Positions 49,385 through 63,466 of a stretch of DNA of 64,000 nt are shown piece after piece (the first letter of the stretch is position 1; each line of letters begins with the position of its first letter). Position numbers and translations under genes: made by a program. The stretch is taken from assembly GCF_006345805.1 (NCBI RefSeq), contig NC_043008.1, positions 10,292,001 through 10,356,000 of the forward strand, in the 5' to 3' direction. The stretch comes from Octopus sinensis. Its lineage: Eukaryota. A model generated the notes under the pieces. It saw only the letters and a list, made by a program, of their open reading frames with translations. It was not told where the DNA came from and ran no database searches.

Positions 49385-49745
49385 TTTAAGAAGTTTGCCT
49401 CCCAACCATGTGGTCTTGGGTTCAGTTCTAGTGCACAGCTCCTTGGACAAGTGTCTTCAACTACAGCACCAGGCAGACTAAATCCTTGTGAGTGGATTTG
49501 GTAAACAGGGACTGAAAGGAGCCCATCACACACATCTGTGTGTGTGTGTTTTGTGTTTGTTCCCCACGATTGCTTGGTAACTGGTGTTGGTTTGTTTATG
49601 ACCCTAGTTCAGTGAAAGAGACTGATAGAATAAGTACCAGGTTTTAAAAAAACGTACTTGGGTAAATTTGTTTGACTAAATCTTTCAAAGGTGGAATCTC
49701 AGCATGGCTGCAGTCCAATGACTGAAACAAGTATAAGATAAAAAA
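49385..49745 (+). mobile_element. Diverged SINE family A
   Basis: Head, TG microsatellite and tail recognisable. Confidence 0.7.
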
Positions 49746-50519
49746 AAATATGTAACTACAAGGGATTTTGTAGATTAAAAACATATTCAAGGATATTCTA
49801 GCAGGGTTTCCTGTAGCTGTCTGCAGGTCACTGAAAGGGTTTATGGAAAGACTGTGAATTATAAAAGTACAATAACTGAATGAAATTGAAATATCAGGTC
49901 TTTAGTTCAAACTACACTGCTTCAATTCATGTAACCGTTTTGAATTTGGTATACAATAAATAGAAATCTCTATAATAGGCAAGCATTTTATCCAAGGTGT
50001 GTTTCATCTGTTCTTTGTTTAATGTCTTAAAAAAGGAGAGCTGAGTACTGAGGTTCAAATCTACCACAGAGCTTTGGAGATATTTTTTTGAAAAAGATTT
50101 TGACATAATATTTCCTTCTGGTACTTGTTTATAACTTGATAGTTTGGTTAATTAAGAATACAGTATAATGCTAATGACTATTAAAAAAAAAAATGATTTT
50201 ATTGATTCGTTAAACAGCCAAGACTCTTTCTTTTCCTTAGTGTTGTTTTAAAATAACAGTGTGATGGCATAAGTTACAATGATTTGCAAACAGTGACGCA
50301 GACAGAAAAATTAAAATTTGCTTCAATAAGTGCAATGAAAGCAGAATATGTTTTCAGAAGTGGTTGATCAATGTGCAGATATTAGCAAAGTTAGCAAAGT
50401 GACGCATGACTAGGTACGCGGAAGGGTTGAACTTCTTCCTTTGGTTAAAAGATTAGCATCTTAATCATTCTGTCTCTGCACTTTATTAATTAATACTATA
50501 TTATACTATATTTTGTCAT

Positions 50520-50540
50520 TATATATATATATATGATATA

Positions 50541-50589
<49 letters not shown>

Positions 50590-50643
50590 GATATATATAT
50601 ATGATATATATATATATATATATATATATGATATATATATATG

Positions 50644-50674
<31 letters not shown>

Positions 50675-50759
50675 TATATATATGATATATATATGATATT
50701 ATATATATATATGTATATATATGATATATATATATATATATATGATATATATATATATG

Positions 50760-50793
<34 letters not shown>

Positions 50794-50981
50794 TATGATA
50801 TATATATATATATATATATATATGATATATATATATATATGATATATATATATATATATGATATAATATATATATATAATATATATATGATATATATATA
50901 ATATATATATATGATATATATATATATATATATGATATATATATATATATATGTATATATATAGATATATATATATATATA

Positions 50982-51014
<33 letters not shown>

Positions 51015-51281
51015 TATATATATAATATATATATAATATATGATATATATATATATATGATATATATATATATATATATGATATATATAGATATATATAT
51101 ATACATATGATATATATATATGATATATATATTATATGATATATATATATATATATATGATATATATATATGATAATATATATATATTATAATATATATA
51201 TATATATGATATATATATATTATATATGATATATATATGATATATATATAATATGATATATATATATATATATATATATAT

Positions 51282-51323
<42 letters not shown>

Positions 51324-51442
51324 ATGATATATATATATTATAGATATATATATTATATATGATATATATATATATGATATATATATAATATATGATATAT
51401 ATAATATATATATAATATATATATATATACATATATATATAC

Positions 51443-51489
<47 letters not shown>

Positions 51490-51598
51490 ATATATATATA
51501 TATGATATATATATATATATGATATATATATATTATGATATATATATATATATGATATATATATATATTATATATATACACATATATATATATATATC

Positions 51599-51638
<40 letters not shown>

Positions 51639-51700
51639 ATATATATGTTATATATACATATACTTATATATAATATATATTATTTATATATAACCTTCAA
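50520..51700. repeat. ~1.2-kb interrupted (TA)n tract
   Basis: Almost pure TA with GAT/CAT interruptions. Confidence 0.95.
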
Positions 51701-52064
51701 TATGTATGTATCAGTGTACATATATTATTTGATTTTCTTTTGTGTTTGATAAGCACTGGATTATTTATAATAAACTGTAAAGGAAAAGAATAACTTCCTT
51801 ATTACAATGTGAAAGTAATGATATTAATTTTTATATCAAAGTTTGTAAATATGGAATAAAAATAAATTTAAAAGTAAATTGTTTCATTTTTCTCTTTTCT
51901 CTTTTCTCTTTTACTTGTTTCAATCTTTTACTTGTTTCAGTGACTTTTGTGCTGGCTTAATTATGCACGACTCAAGTGGTGTGTATTATACACAATGTTT
52001 AGGTCTTTCAGAGGTACAAACCCCTAAAAATCCCCTGCTTATTATATTCAAGGGCGGACTATAC

Positions 52065-52268
52065 ACTCTTTTACTCTTTTACTTGTTTCAGTCATTTGAC
52101 TGTGACCATGCTGGAGCACCGCTTTTAGTCGAGCAGGACTTATTCTTTGTAAGCCTAGTACTTATTCTATCGGTCTCTTTTGCCGAACCGCTAAGTTACG
52201 GGGACATAAACACACCAGCATCGGTTGTCAAGCGATGTTGGGGGGACAAACACAGACACACAAACATG

Positions 52269-52300
<32 letters not shown>

Positions 52301-52480
52301 ATATACACACACATATACGACCGGCTTCTTTCAGTTTCCGTCTACCTAATCCACTCACAAGGCTTTGGTCGGCCCGAGGCTATAGTCGAAGACACTTGCT
52401 CAAGGTGCCACGCAGTGGGACTGAACCCGGAACAATGTGGTTAGTAAGCAAGCTACTTACCACACAGCCACTCCTATGCC
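52065..52480 (-). mobile_element. SINE family A, full length
   Basis: Reverse complement of the family A consensus. Confidence 0.9.
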
Positions 52481-53012
52481 TTGAGGATTTACGGTATTAC
52501 ATATGAGACTTTTTAATGTTTCACTCTCTTTCTCTCACTTTGTTTATGTGTGTGATTCTGTTTTCCTTTGCGTATGAGGAGAGAGAAGAAGTGTTTATGT
52601 CTCTTGTGTTCAATGAATAAATTTTAATGTTTCTGTCTCTCTTTCGATCTGCAAGTATTTATTTCTGCGTGTGCACCTATGTGTGTTTACCTCTAGAGCC
52701 AATAACACACCGTTGCCAAAGCAGTTTGAATATTCAGTCAGCCATGCCAAATTTTTCAGTGTCCAAACAATTGCAGCCAATCATTTCATTCCACAGATCT
52801 TGGATCAAATTCGAACAAGGCAGTGGATCATCGAAATCATTAAAGCTATGGAAAAACAGCTGCAGTGTTTATGGTTGCTTACGTTCAGAGCTCAAATGTT
52901 GTCAAGGTCAACTTGGCTTTTTTATCCATTCGGAAAAATCAATAATCTAAACTTTCATGTAGTATGCTTGATTTAATATTCCTATAAAACATATAAAAGA
53001 GATTATGATTGA

Positions 53013-53353
53013 CTAGCACTATATACAGCATATACAGCTGCGTGTGTGTGCACATACACGTGAGTACTGTCCAAATCTCTGACCAATCACATACAGCTAG
53101 CCGGCATTCAATTGGCGTATCAAGTTTCGGGCATTTTGATTGGGTTTTGGATAGAAAATTCACAAAAAAGTCACTTCTGTTAATTTTTTAATGGCTTTGC
53201 AGGGTGAATCGGGAAATGTAAAGATGTGCACGACCACCCTTGGACGGTTTTGAATGACCATAGAAAGTGCGAGCCCTCTAACTGAAAAATTGTGGATTTG
53301 TATAAAGGACACACATGCAGACAGACTTTTGCCGTTTATATATATAGAGAAGA
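53013..53353 (-). mobile_element. Probable non-autonomous Helitron (third family)
   Basis: The minus strand starts TCTTCTCTATATATAT and ends CTAG before T; the terminal hairpin is weak. Confidence 0.5.
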
Positions 53354-53820
53354 TTAAGATTTGAAATCACTTTGGAAATATGTAATCTTATGACTAAGTG
53401 AATTATGATGAGGGCAGGGGGTGGTAGAATTGGTAGAGCAGTGGACAAAATGCCTTGTGGTATTTGATTGTTATTTAATGTTAGGAAATTAAAAATCCCC
53501 TTGAATTCAGAAAATTAAGCGCTAGTCAAATCCTGGGGAATAAATTTCATTAACAATAGCTACCCCACAAAAATTTTAGCTGTATACCCAAGGTATAAGC
53601 TGCTATCATTTATTATTATTATTATTATTATTATTATATTATTATTATTATTATTAAGGCAGTAAGCTGGCAGAATTGTTAGTAGGTTGGTATTTCATTT
53701 GTCACTACATTCTGAGTTCAAATACCACTGTGGTCGACGTTGCCTTTCATCGTTTCGGGGTCAATGTAATCAAGTATACCCCTCCCACAAATTTCAGGCC
53801 TTGTACCTATAGTAGAAAGG

Positions 53821-53870
<50 letters not shown>

Positions 53871-55444
53871 CTACCCTCTAACTGTATTTCTCCTCTGTTT
53901 TCCTTCTTGGGTAGCCAAGTATCTTCTCTAAAGTAAGACACCTAGTTCCACCCCACTATTATACTCTAACCTCTCAACCTGGCACAGGGCCACTTCCTGC
54001 CATTCCACTTCCTCTCCCAATTGAGAGGTCTTCATCTTGCAAGTTACTTGGTGACCCCACTGATGATGATGCCTTGTAAAAAGCACAAGTGCTGGTGCCA
54101 CATAAAAAGCATCCAGTACACTCTGTAAAGTGGTTAGCGTTAGGAAAAACATCCAGCCATGGAAACCATGCCAAAGCAGACAATAGATAAAAGGCCGAGT
54201 TGACCTTGGCAGCATTTGAGCTCCGAATGTAAACAACCAGAAATACTTCAGCTGTTTTGTCCACTGCTTTAACGATCCATTTTTTTGTGCAGTTTTCTGG
54301 CTTGCCAGCTCTGGTCAAGCTGTCCAGCACATGCCGGCATGGAAGACATATGTTGTTTGATGATGGTTAGGATAACAAAGGCTTTGGACTAGCCGAGGCA
54401 TTAGAAAAGTGGACGAAAAGGTTTTGCGGTATTTGTTCTGGTACTTTACATACTAAGTTCAAATCTCACCAAGGACAACATTGGGACCTTTTCACTTTGA
54501 CCGGCAGATTTTAAAAATAATTTCTTCGTAACTAAACACTTTTAAACTTCGTATACTGGCAGAATGTGTTACATAAAACATCTTTTTCTTTTGGCTTTCT
54601 TGAACAAATTCTGTAGTTTGTAAGCTATTTGTTGTTAAATTTCTTGCATTTCAGCAATTTCAACCAATCAATGCCTTCATCCTCCTAGATTCAATAAAAT
54701 AAAGTACCAGTCAAATATTGCAATGGATATCATTGATTGTTCCTTCCCTCTAAATTCCTGACCTTGTATGTATTGTTAGAAGTTATCAAGAATACTGGAA
54801 TGGCAGTATTTGTTCTGGTTCTTCATATTCTGAGTTCAAATTTTAATGTGTTAAACTTGGCTCTTCATCATTCCATAATAATTCTTGTCAAGTACTGGAT
54901 TGATAAGATCACCCAATTTCTTCCATCCAATTTCTGGCAATGTATCTATGTTAAAAATCATTATTAGAATGGTTTGATAAAAAAAAAAAATGAGAGAGAA
55001 AAAAAAGGTAAAAACAAACAAGCGAACAGCAATATACTGACAGTTGATTCATTGATTATGCATCCTTTGTTAACATTTGTGGCTTTGTGCCAATATGAAA
55101 ATCATTATTGCTGTATTTACCATGGAAAGATAAATCTTGAAGAAAACTCTGTTTGATTAGTTATAATATTTATTTACCTCTAATGTTAGCTTTGTTGTGT
55201 ACTTTATGCTTATTATAGTAAGGAAAGAGGACAGGAACTTAATTGTTTTATACAATTGTATATACAGAGATAGAAAGATAAACAGATAGATAGAAAGATA
55301 TATATATATATATATATATATATAAATTAGAAAAAAACACCTTTTATATTATATTTTGTGAAATTTGATTTAGTATTTTAGTATTTCTAAATTGAATTTT
55401 TCCCTGTAAGTTAGGAATAATATTCCCTCAAATTATATATATAG

Positions 55445-55625
55445 TTAATCCAAACAAGAAAGCACAAAAAAACACAACAACGCGAGGACGTGGAACAAAT
55501 ATAGTATTATTGGATGCTCAGGAAAGAAGGAAAGAAGGAGGGTTTAACATTTCGAGCGGAGCTCTTCGTCGGAAACATAGGAGAAGGAAAGATCCAGAGA
55601 AGGGAAGACAGAGGAAAAAAAATCA
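55445..55625 (-). mobile_element. PLE-terminus-like repeat with hammerhead-like motif
   Basis: Duplicated at 57795-57945; contains GTTT-CCGACGA-A-GAGC[TCC]GCTC-GAAA-T-GT-T-AAAC at 55576-55542. Confidence 0.55.
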
Positions 55626-55649
55626 CCAACGGTACACACAAGGTCAGAC

Positions 55650-55737
<88 letters not shown>

Positions 55738-55940
55738 TGATAAAACTCTTTATATTTGTGTATGTATGAGGGTTGCATGGTTGGGCTGTTGGTGACCCAA
55801 ACTGGCAACACTATAAAAAAACAAGGAGAGACCAGAAATGGACAATGTAGATTAGGGGTTATTTTTCATTCAGAGAAACAAAGGTATGAAAAATTATGTT
55901 AAAAAAAGTATCTTTCTATAGAAATAAAAATCTGTGAAGG

Positions 55941-56089
55941 CACTAGCATAGCTAGAGTGTGTGCCGCCTGGGGTGGCCCTTCAATTTGCTGCCCCCAGAC
56001 CACACAAAAAACACATATTTCCTACAGTAAATTCAAAAGTGCCACCTGGGGTGGACCACCCCTACTGCCCACCCACTAGCTATGCTAAT
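55941..56089. mobile_element. hAT-type MITE with 8-bp TSD
   Basis: TIR CACTAGCATAGCTAG / CTAGCTATGCTAATG; TSD TGTGAAGG at 55933-55940 and 56090-56097. Confidence 0.8.
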
Positions 56090-56448
56090 GTGTGAAGGTC
56101 AAGGTGATGAGTAAATTAGCAGAATCAGATATGTTCATCTCTATTAGCAGCTACAACATTGTGCAATTAACAAGGATTTTGTTGATTCATTTCAATTCTT
56201 CTCTTGACAAAATCTACCTGAATCCAGTCTTATGTCCCTAACACTATGAAAACTATGGGACCCTTGTGATTTGGAAAATGATTAACACTAATGTTTTATG
56301 TAGATGTTTTTTTTTTTGTATAGATTTATGTTTTAATTTCTTTTACAACAAATGGCCAAATAATTCTGGATTAATCACTTTACTAAAGTATTGGAAATAA
56401 GTACTGGATTTTCAGGAAATGTTGAGATAGACTGGCTGTCTATACAAT

Positions 56449-56612
<164 letters not shown>

Positions 56613-57189
56613 ACAAACAGACAGAGTCTTATCCCCTCAGTCTATAAGAGCCCAAAGCTATACACCAGCTTTTTGATGTACCTCTGTAGTTTGAGACAAC
56701 ATTAAAAAAATACAAGGAAAAAAAACCCCATGACAAACTAAACACTGTGTTAGTAATTAATCCCTAACAACAGGAATGATTGAATTGTCTAGGTAACATA
56801 ACTCACCCTTTTAGTTCTAGCGACTATTCACTAAAGTTCATAATATTTGTTTTAGGATTTTGTTTTTCTGTGTCAATGCTTTCATTACACTGGAAGTGCA
56901 GAGGTAATGTTTTCAAATACACTTGGTTGCAGAGATGTGAATGAAAGAAAAATTAAAAGGCAAAGGAAGGCAAAAGAATGTTCTGGGTTTGCCAATGACC
57001 TTATCATTAACGCAATCCTATAAAATATTTTTTTTTATTGTTCCAAGGTATGTTATTTACCTGAAGATTATGGATTATGAAGTTATACTTCGTTTCCAAG
57101 AAGACATGTTTAGCTATACTTCGATTTAAGTAGATTAGTACATAACCTGTCCTTTGGAGGCGATTGGGCTACGTATATATATATGAATG

Positions 57190-57470
57190 AATGAGTTAAT
57201 GTATGTATGCATGTATGTATGTATGTATGTATGTATGTATGTATGTATGTATGTATGTATGTATGTATGTATGTATGTGTGTATGTATGTATATGTGTAT
57301 GTATGTATGTATGTATGTGTGTATGTATGTGTGTGTGTGTATGTATGTATGTATGTATGTATGTATGTGTGTGTGTATGTATGTATGTATGTATGTATGT
57401 ATGTATGTATGTATCTTTGCATGCATGCATGTATGTATGCATGTATGTATGTATGTATGTATGTATTATG

Positions 57471-57504
<34 letters not shown>

Positions 57505-57559
57505 TTATGTATATATGTTGTATGTATGTATGTATGTATGTATGTATGTATGTATTATG

Positions 57560-57593
<34 letters not shown>

Positions 57594-57680
57594 TGTATTA
57601 TGTATATATGTTTGTATGTATGTATGTATGTATGTATGTATGTATGTATGTATTATGTATGTATGTATGTATGTATTATG

Positions 57681-57746
<66 letters not shown>

Positions 57747-57794
57747 TGTGTGTATGTATGTATGTATGTATCTTTGCATGTATGTATGTATGTA
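57190..57794. repeat. (TATG)n microsatellite, ~600 bp
   Basis: Direct reading; source of the MYVC/HTYI pseudo-ORFs. Confidence 0.95.
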
Positions 57795-57945
57795 AAGTTA
57801 ATCCAAACAAGAAAACACAACAACGCGAGGACGTGGAACAAATATAGTATTATTGGACGCTCAGGAAAGAAGGGAAGAACGTTTCGAGTGGAGCTCTTCG
57901 TCGGAAACATAGGAGAAGGAAAGATCCAAAGAAGGGAAGACGGAG
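57795..57945 (-). mobile_element. Second copy of the PLE-terminus-like repeat
   Basis: Matches 55445-55625 with short deletions; embedded in (TATG)n. Confidence 0.55.
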
Positions 57946-58053
57946 GTATACACGAGGTCATCTTTGCATGCATGTTTGTATGTATGCATGCGTATTTGTA
58001 TGTATATATGAATGAATGTAAACACTCCATCTCACCAAGGTCTTAATTCTTTA

Positions 58054-58430
58054 TCTCTCTCTATATGAAGCTGAAGTTGTCTGTGTATGGCAGGTTTGGC
58101 AGCCTTCAACTAACACTATCTCCTCCGAGACCCTGCGGCGCAAGTTGACCAAAATTGAGAGTATGATAGAAGAAGGCTTGTTCTTCATTCCGGAGAAGAA
58201 AAAATTCAAATCGGACCATGTTAACACCAAAAATTATTTACATCAAAATGATGCTTTTTTTCTATGAAAATCCCTATTTCTTTACGATTTTTTGACTGCT
58301 GTGTCACCATTTTTCGGTGTATTTCAACCAGAAAAATGTTCCCTTAAAGATAATAACAAGCTACATAATGCAAACTGTTTACTTTTCAAAAATTCCAATT
58401 CTAAAGGGTCGAAACAAACCCAAGCAACGC
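58054..58430 (+). mobile_element. Non-autonomous Helitron H1, 3' end lost
   Basis: Reverse complement of 6784-7177; starts A|TC and stops in the middle of the terminal hairpin. Confidence 0.8.
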
Positions 58431-58669
58431 TTGTTTTACAATTTGAACTAAGTGCATTTTATTGTGCCACCAGTACTGACTCTGTACCAGGATAGAATCT
58501 CATCTTTCTCATCTAATACATACATAGATTGCCATAAAATATTTTTTGCATAAATATGAGAGAAAATGAGGCTTTATAAACAGTTGAATGAATTGTGACA
58601 AGAGACTCAGAATTATGACATATTGAGCTTCTGTTGATAGTTGTGTGTCTGCTGATATAGTAATTATTA

Positions 58670-59078
58670 CTCTTTTACTCTTTTACTTGCTTCAATCATG
58701 TGACTGTGGCCATGCTAGAGCACCACCTTTAATCGATGAAATCGACCCCAGGTCTTATTTTTGTAAGCCTAGTACTTATTTTATCGGTCTCTTTTTGCCG
58801 AACCGCTAAGTTACTGGGACGTAAACACACCAGCATTGGTTGTCAAGCGATGTTGGGGGGACAAACACAGACGCACAAACACGCACATACACAATTATAT
58901 ATATACATATATATACGACGGGCTTCTTTCAGTTTCCGTCTACCAAATCCACTCACAAGGCTTTGGTCGGCCCGAGACTATAGTAGAAGACACTTACCCA
59001 AGGTGCCATGCAGTGTGACTGAACCCGGAACCATGTGGTTCGTAAGCAAGCTACTTACCACACAGCCACTCCTGTGCC
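58670..59078 (-). mobile_element. SINE family A, full length
   Basis: Reverse complement of the family A consensus. Confidence 0.9.
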
Positions 59079-59339
59079 TATTATACTGCAATTCTGAGTG
59101 GACGTTATAACAATCTAACCCTTTAAGGATAATGACACTGTACAACTGGAGGTTGTACAGTGCCAGATAGAACCATTCTGTCAATGACTTTGAAAGATAG
59201 CAACATCTGTCAGAGTGACAACCGTCGTCAAAAGACAGATACAAAAGTGGTCAAAGACCGTTTTACAACAGGTTATAAAGGAATGAAGCTAACATAATTC
59301 ATTGGATGTGTGATGTCAGTGAATGGTAGGACACAGGTA

Positions 59340-59560
59340 AGCTAAGAGGAATCAATTGTAGTGTGCAATAAAGACATTTGATGTATATGGATGATGACAG
59401 GTGGATGAAGGTGGCCATGAGATGTGGAAGGAGCCAATGGAAGAGAAATAGCAAGGAATATATGAGCAGAGGTAGTGAAGGTTGATCTCCAGATACTGAA
59501 TGTCACAAAAAACGAAATGCAACAAATGCCAGGGATGTTGTATTGGAGAAGACTTGCTTT
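59340..59560 (+). mobile_element. Decayed RTE LINE 3' coding fragment
   Basis: KLRGINCSVQ*RHLMYMDDDRWMKV reads like RTE GIRCSVQERRL.WYGHV.RMD; related to 12150-12690. Confidence 0.55.
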
Positions 59561-59669
59561 ACCAATGAAAGCATAGATGTTCATCATCTTGATAATAATA
59601 CACCATCATCAACATTTTGTGTCTGTCTTCTATATTGGCATAGGTTAAACGGTTTGGCAATAATATTTT

Positions 59670-59906
59670 GGTGCACTGGCACGTAAAAAGCACCATCCAA
59701 TCGTCTGGCACCTGTGCCGGTGGCACGTAAAAAGCACCCACTACACTCATGGAGTGGTTGGCATTAGGAAGGGCATCCAGCCGTAGAAACATTGCCAGAT
59801 CAGACTGGGCCTGGTGCAGCCTTCTGGCTTCACAGACCCCAGTTGAACCGTCCAACCCATGCCAGCATGGAAAGCGGACGCTAAACGATGATGATGATGA
59901 TGATGA
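59670..59906 (+). mobile_element. Repeat family B copy
   Basis: Core plus (GAT)n tail; further partial copies lie near 18740, 33370, 36070, 36530, 42020, 48540, 54070 and 61535. Confidence 0.75.
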
Positions 59907-60394
59907 TATATTAATCAAAGTATACCGTACTTTAGATCCATTTCAGCTGATCTTATCAACTGGTTTCACACTGGGTACAAGGTGACCAGATGTTAGATAA
60001 AGCGCAGTTAAGTAACACAATGTTCTCTTCAGAGATGATATTATTTAATATCCACTTATCAAATACCCTGTGTGAAACCAATTAATAAGAGTGGCTATGA
60101 TGTATCTATAATACTGTGTGATTTGATTAATATACACACACTATTTGATAAATATACAAGTGCATATTTTTTTATGACTTAGGGATTCTTAGATCACTAC
60201 ATGTGTACATATAAGTACGTGTATAGTAAGTTTAAAGATTTATTGTTTTCTTAGACAGAGGTAAAAATGCATCTTTCAGTTTGTTTCACACACACATATA
60301 CAAACATACATCTTTGGGCATAAAGTAATTTTATACTTATATATACACACACACACATACATGCATATATTCATATATGTCTATATATGTGTGT

Positions 60395-60476
<82 letters not shown>

Positions 60477-60477
60477 A

Positions 60478-60632
60478 AGGGAAAGTTTATGAAAATAAAC
60501 AAAAGACGAAGGCAGGTGGTGTACAAACAAACAAATGTATTAGTATAGCGCTCAGGAATAGAAAAAGTCTTTTATGTTTCGAGCCTACGCTCTTCTACAG
60601 AAAGATACACAGAAAAAAACAAGGAGAGAAAT
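60478..60632 (-). mobile_element. PLE-terminus-like repeat next to (TA)n, with hammerhead-like motif
   Basis: The minus strand reads TCTTT-CTGTAGA-A-GAGC[GTAG]GCTC-GAAAC-AT-A-AAAGA (60605-60568). Confidence 0.45.
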
Positions 60633-61143
60633 AAATGTAAAAAAAATATTAATATATAAGAAAAATATGAAAAAAATAAAGTGAAAACGAAAGGGACAGT
60701 TTTATGAAAAGTTCAAAAGTTTGTAGACGTCTTGGTGTATTTCAAGGATTTCACATCAATAACAAAGTCACTGTGATCCATGTAGGAGAGGTGCAGCCAG
60801 AGGGTAAGTGTCCTTAAAGGTAAATATATATATATATATATAAAATGTAATATGTGTGTATATTTGTGAATGTGTACAAGTGACCTTAAATAATTAAAGA
60901 ATTCACCTTCATATAAACATACCCTGTCAAAGAAATTTAATTCATTCTTGCAACAAGGGAGATTTATGGATATAAATCATGTGCTTTAAATCTATTTGAC
61001 ATTCGCAATTGCTTCTTTAAAAAAAATATATACTTATATAGACACAACTTATATATTCCTGTCACATCTAATGGATGTTGGTATTAGAAGGGTTATTTTA
61101 AACTTGTATATCGTATCAACTATGTAACAGAGTTAGAATGTTG

Positions 61144-61144
<1 letters not shown>

Positions 61145-61214
<70 letters not shown>

Positions 61215-61244
61215 TGTGTATGTTTGTATATATATATATGTAAT

Positions 61245-61286
<42 letters not shown>

Positions 61287-61303
61287 CATATATATATATA
61301 TAC

Positions 61304-61347
<44 letters not shown>

Positions 61348-61432
61348 CATACATATATATACATATATATACATATATATATGTGTGTATATATACATAC
61401 ATACATACATACATACTTACATATATATATAT

Positions 61433-61481
<49 letters not shown>

Positions 61482-61520
61482 TATATATACACATACATAC
61501 ATGCATACATATATCTACAC
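61145..61520. repeat. (TA)n/(TACA)n compound microsatellite
   Basis: Direct reading. Confidence 0.95.
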
Positions 61521-62286
61521 ACACATAGTCACAGCAGTCTGGTGTGGGCTTCTGCTTAGCCAGCTGTTGTGAAACCATCCCACCCATGCTAGCATGGAAG
61601 GCAGACATTAAACGATGATGATGATGATAATAATGGTACCTGTTCAGAGTAGACTGTTGGGAAAAAGATTACTGTTTTATCTTTTGGTTCCATAGTTGAA
61701 ATTAATAAATATTTTATTTTGGTCGAGTCCATTGCTTGCTTCTCTGAGATTTGCCTGTGGTACAGAGAATCTACTTGACTTGTAGCTAGTCTGGAGACTG
61801 TAGCCACTGGTGAAACTCAAAGTAGCAGGAGAATGACTTAACCAAAATAATATATATGTATATATATGCAGCATGGATTTTTGTCAGTGAACAGGTCGCG
61901 GTGTTAAAGCGACGAAAATATTTTGACAAATTAAACTTAAATGTTGAAGTGAATCGAACGGCTTTTGTGTGTTTCTTAAATGGCTTACAAACACCTTCCA
62001 CGCTGCAATTGTTTTCGTTTCAGCACACGATCTCAGATCAGGTCACTTGCTATGCAAGTACATCTCCGTAATAATATATATATATATTCTTTTACTCTTT
62101 TACTTGTTTCAGTCATTTGACTGCAGCCATGCTGGAGCATCGCCTTTAGTCGAGCAAATCAAACCTAAGGACTTATTCCTTGTAAGCCTAGTACTTATTC
62201 ATCGGCCCTTTGGATGGTGCTTTTTATGTGCCACTGGCACAGGTATCACAACTACAATTTCCATTTGATATTTATTTTGATTTATA

Positions 62287-62323
<37 letters not shown>

Positions 62324-63466
62324 TCATCATCATCATCATCATCATATATATATATCTCTTATTATAAAAGGCAGATTTTATCTGCCTCCCTTTGTCTCTT
62401 ATAGAAATCTACAATATAGGATTTCTTCAATTACAATTTACCTAGCATTTTTAAGAGTAGAATGCATCGAGTCGTGCCAGGTCCAGTTTTTCAAATTTCA
62501 ACCCCAATTAAGCAAAATTTAGAGAAAACTCACATTGTGGTGTGTGAGTCAAGTGCTTTTCTTAGTGTGGGCTATAGCACACGCGCACACACACACACAA
62601 AAAGGGAGCGATCTGATTCACTCACGCTATCACTCTAATTTCTACGACTTTCTCTGTGCAAGTTTGCAACGATTAAAGTGAAACTATTTAGATAAAACGA
62701 GAGAAGTGTACCTCAAACCACTACTAAAAAAAAAACACAGCAAACAGAAACAAATAAATACATAACGATTTACTCCTCACACAATTTCTTCAATTAGAGT
62801 TTACCCATGATTTTTCAAAGTACTTCCATTGGGTCATGCCATACAAAATTTCTTTCAATTTTACCCCCAATTAAGACAAAATTCGAGAAAACTCAATATT
62901 TTAACATTTCACTCCGAAAGCATTGATGTACATGTGTGCGTGCGTGAGTGTGTGTGTGTCATTCCTCACACACACGCATACACATACATATATGACAGTG
63001 ACAAACACAAACGTTTCAAACAACTACATACAAACACGTGTGTGTTTGTTATTAGTAAAAAAGGCGCCAAAACACAACTCACTTCTCATTCCAACACATT
63101 TGCAAAGACACACGGACGGTCGAATTGCTATAACAATACAGAAAAGGTAAATTGGTTTTTATTTTACTTTCTGTCGTTAAATTTTGGTAGTATTAATTGG
63201 CGAGCCATACATACATAAATATATACACATATTCTGTATATATTTTATTATATAATATTATATATAGATATATGTATATATAATTGCAGTATGAAACAGT
63301 GTTTATGTATAAACAGACGACACTTATATATAGTTATAATAAATGTATGCATCCGTTTAAGAAAAACCAAAAAATTTTTATTCTTTATAAATGTTGTGTT
63401 CAAAATAACATTTTCTTTAAGAATGTGTATATAACAAAGTATGTGTATATAACTACGTGGCTTATA

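Noticed and set aside
57110-58046. Long ORFs (up to 279 aa) of MYVC/HTYI repeats, and similar ones at 13-15 kb, 50.7-51.7 kb, 56.4 kb and 61.1-61.6 kb
   Set aside because: They are translations of (TATG)n, (TA)n and (GA)n microsatellites, which lack stop codons in some frames.
62355-63200. Further Helitron-like element starting TCTCTTATTATAAAA with an internal hairpin and a duplicated block
   Set aside because: No hairpin-CTAG 3' end could be found, so it was not listed as a feature.
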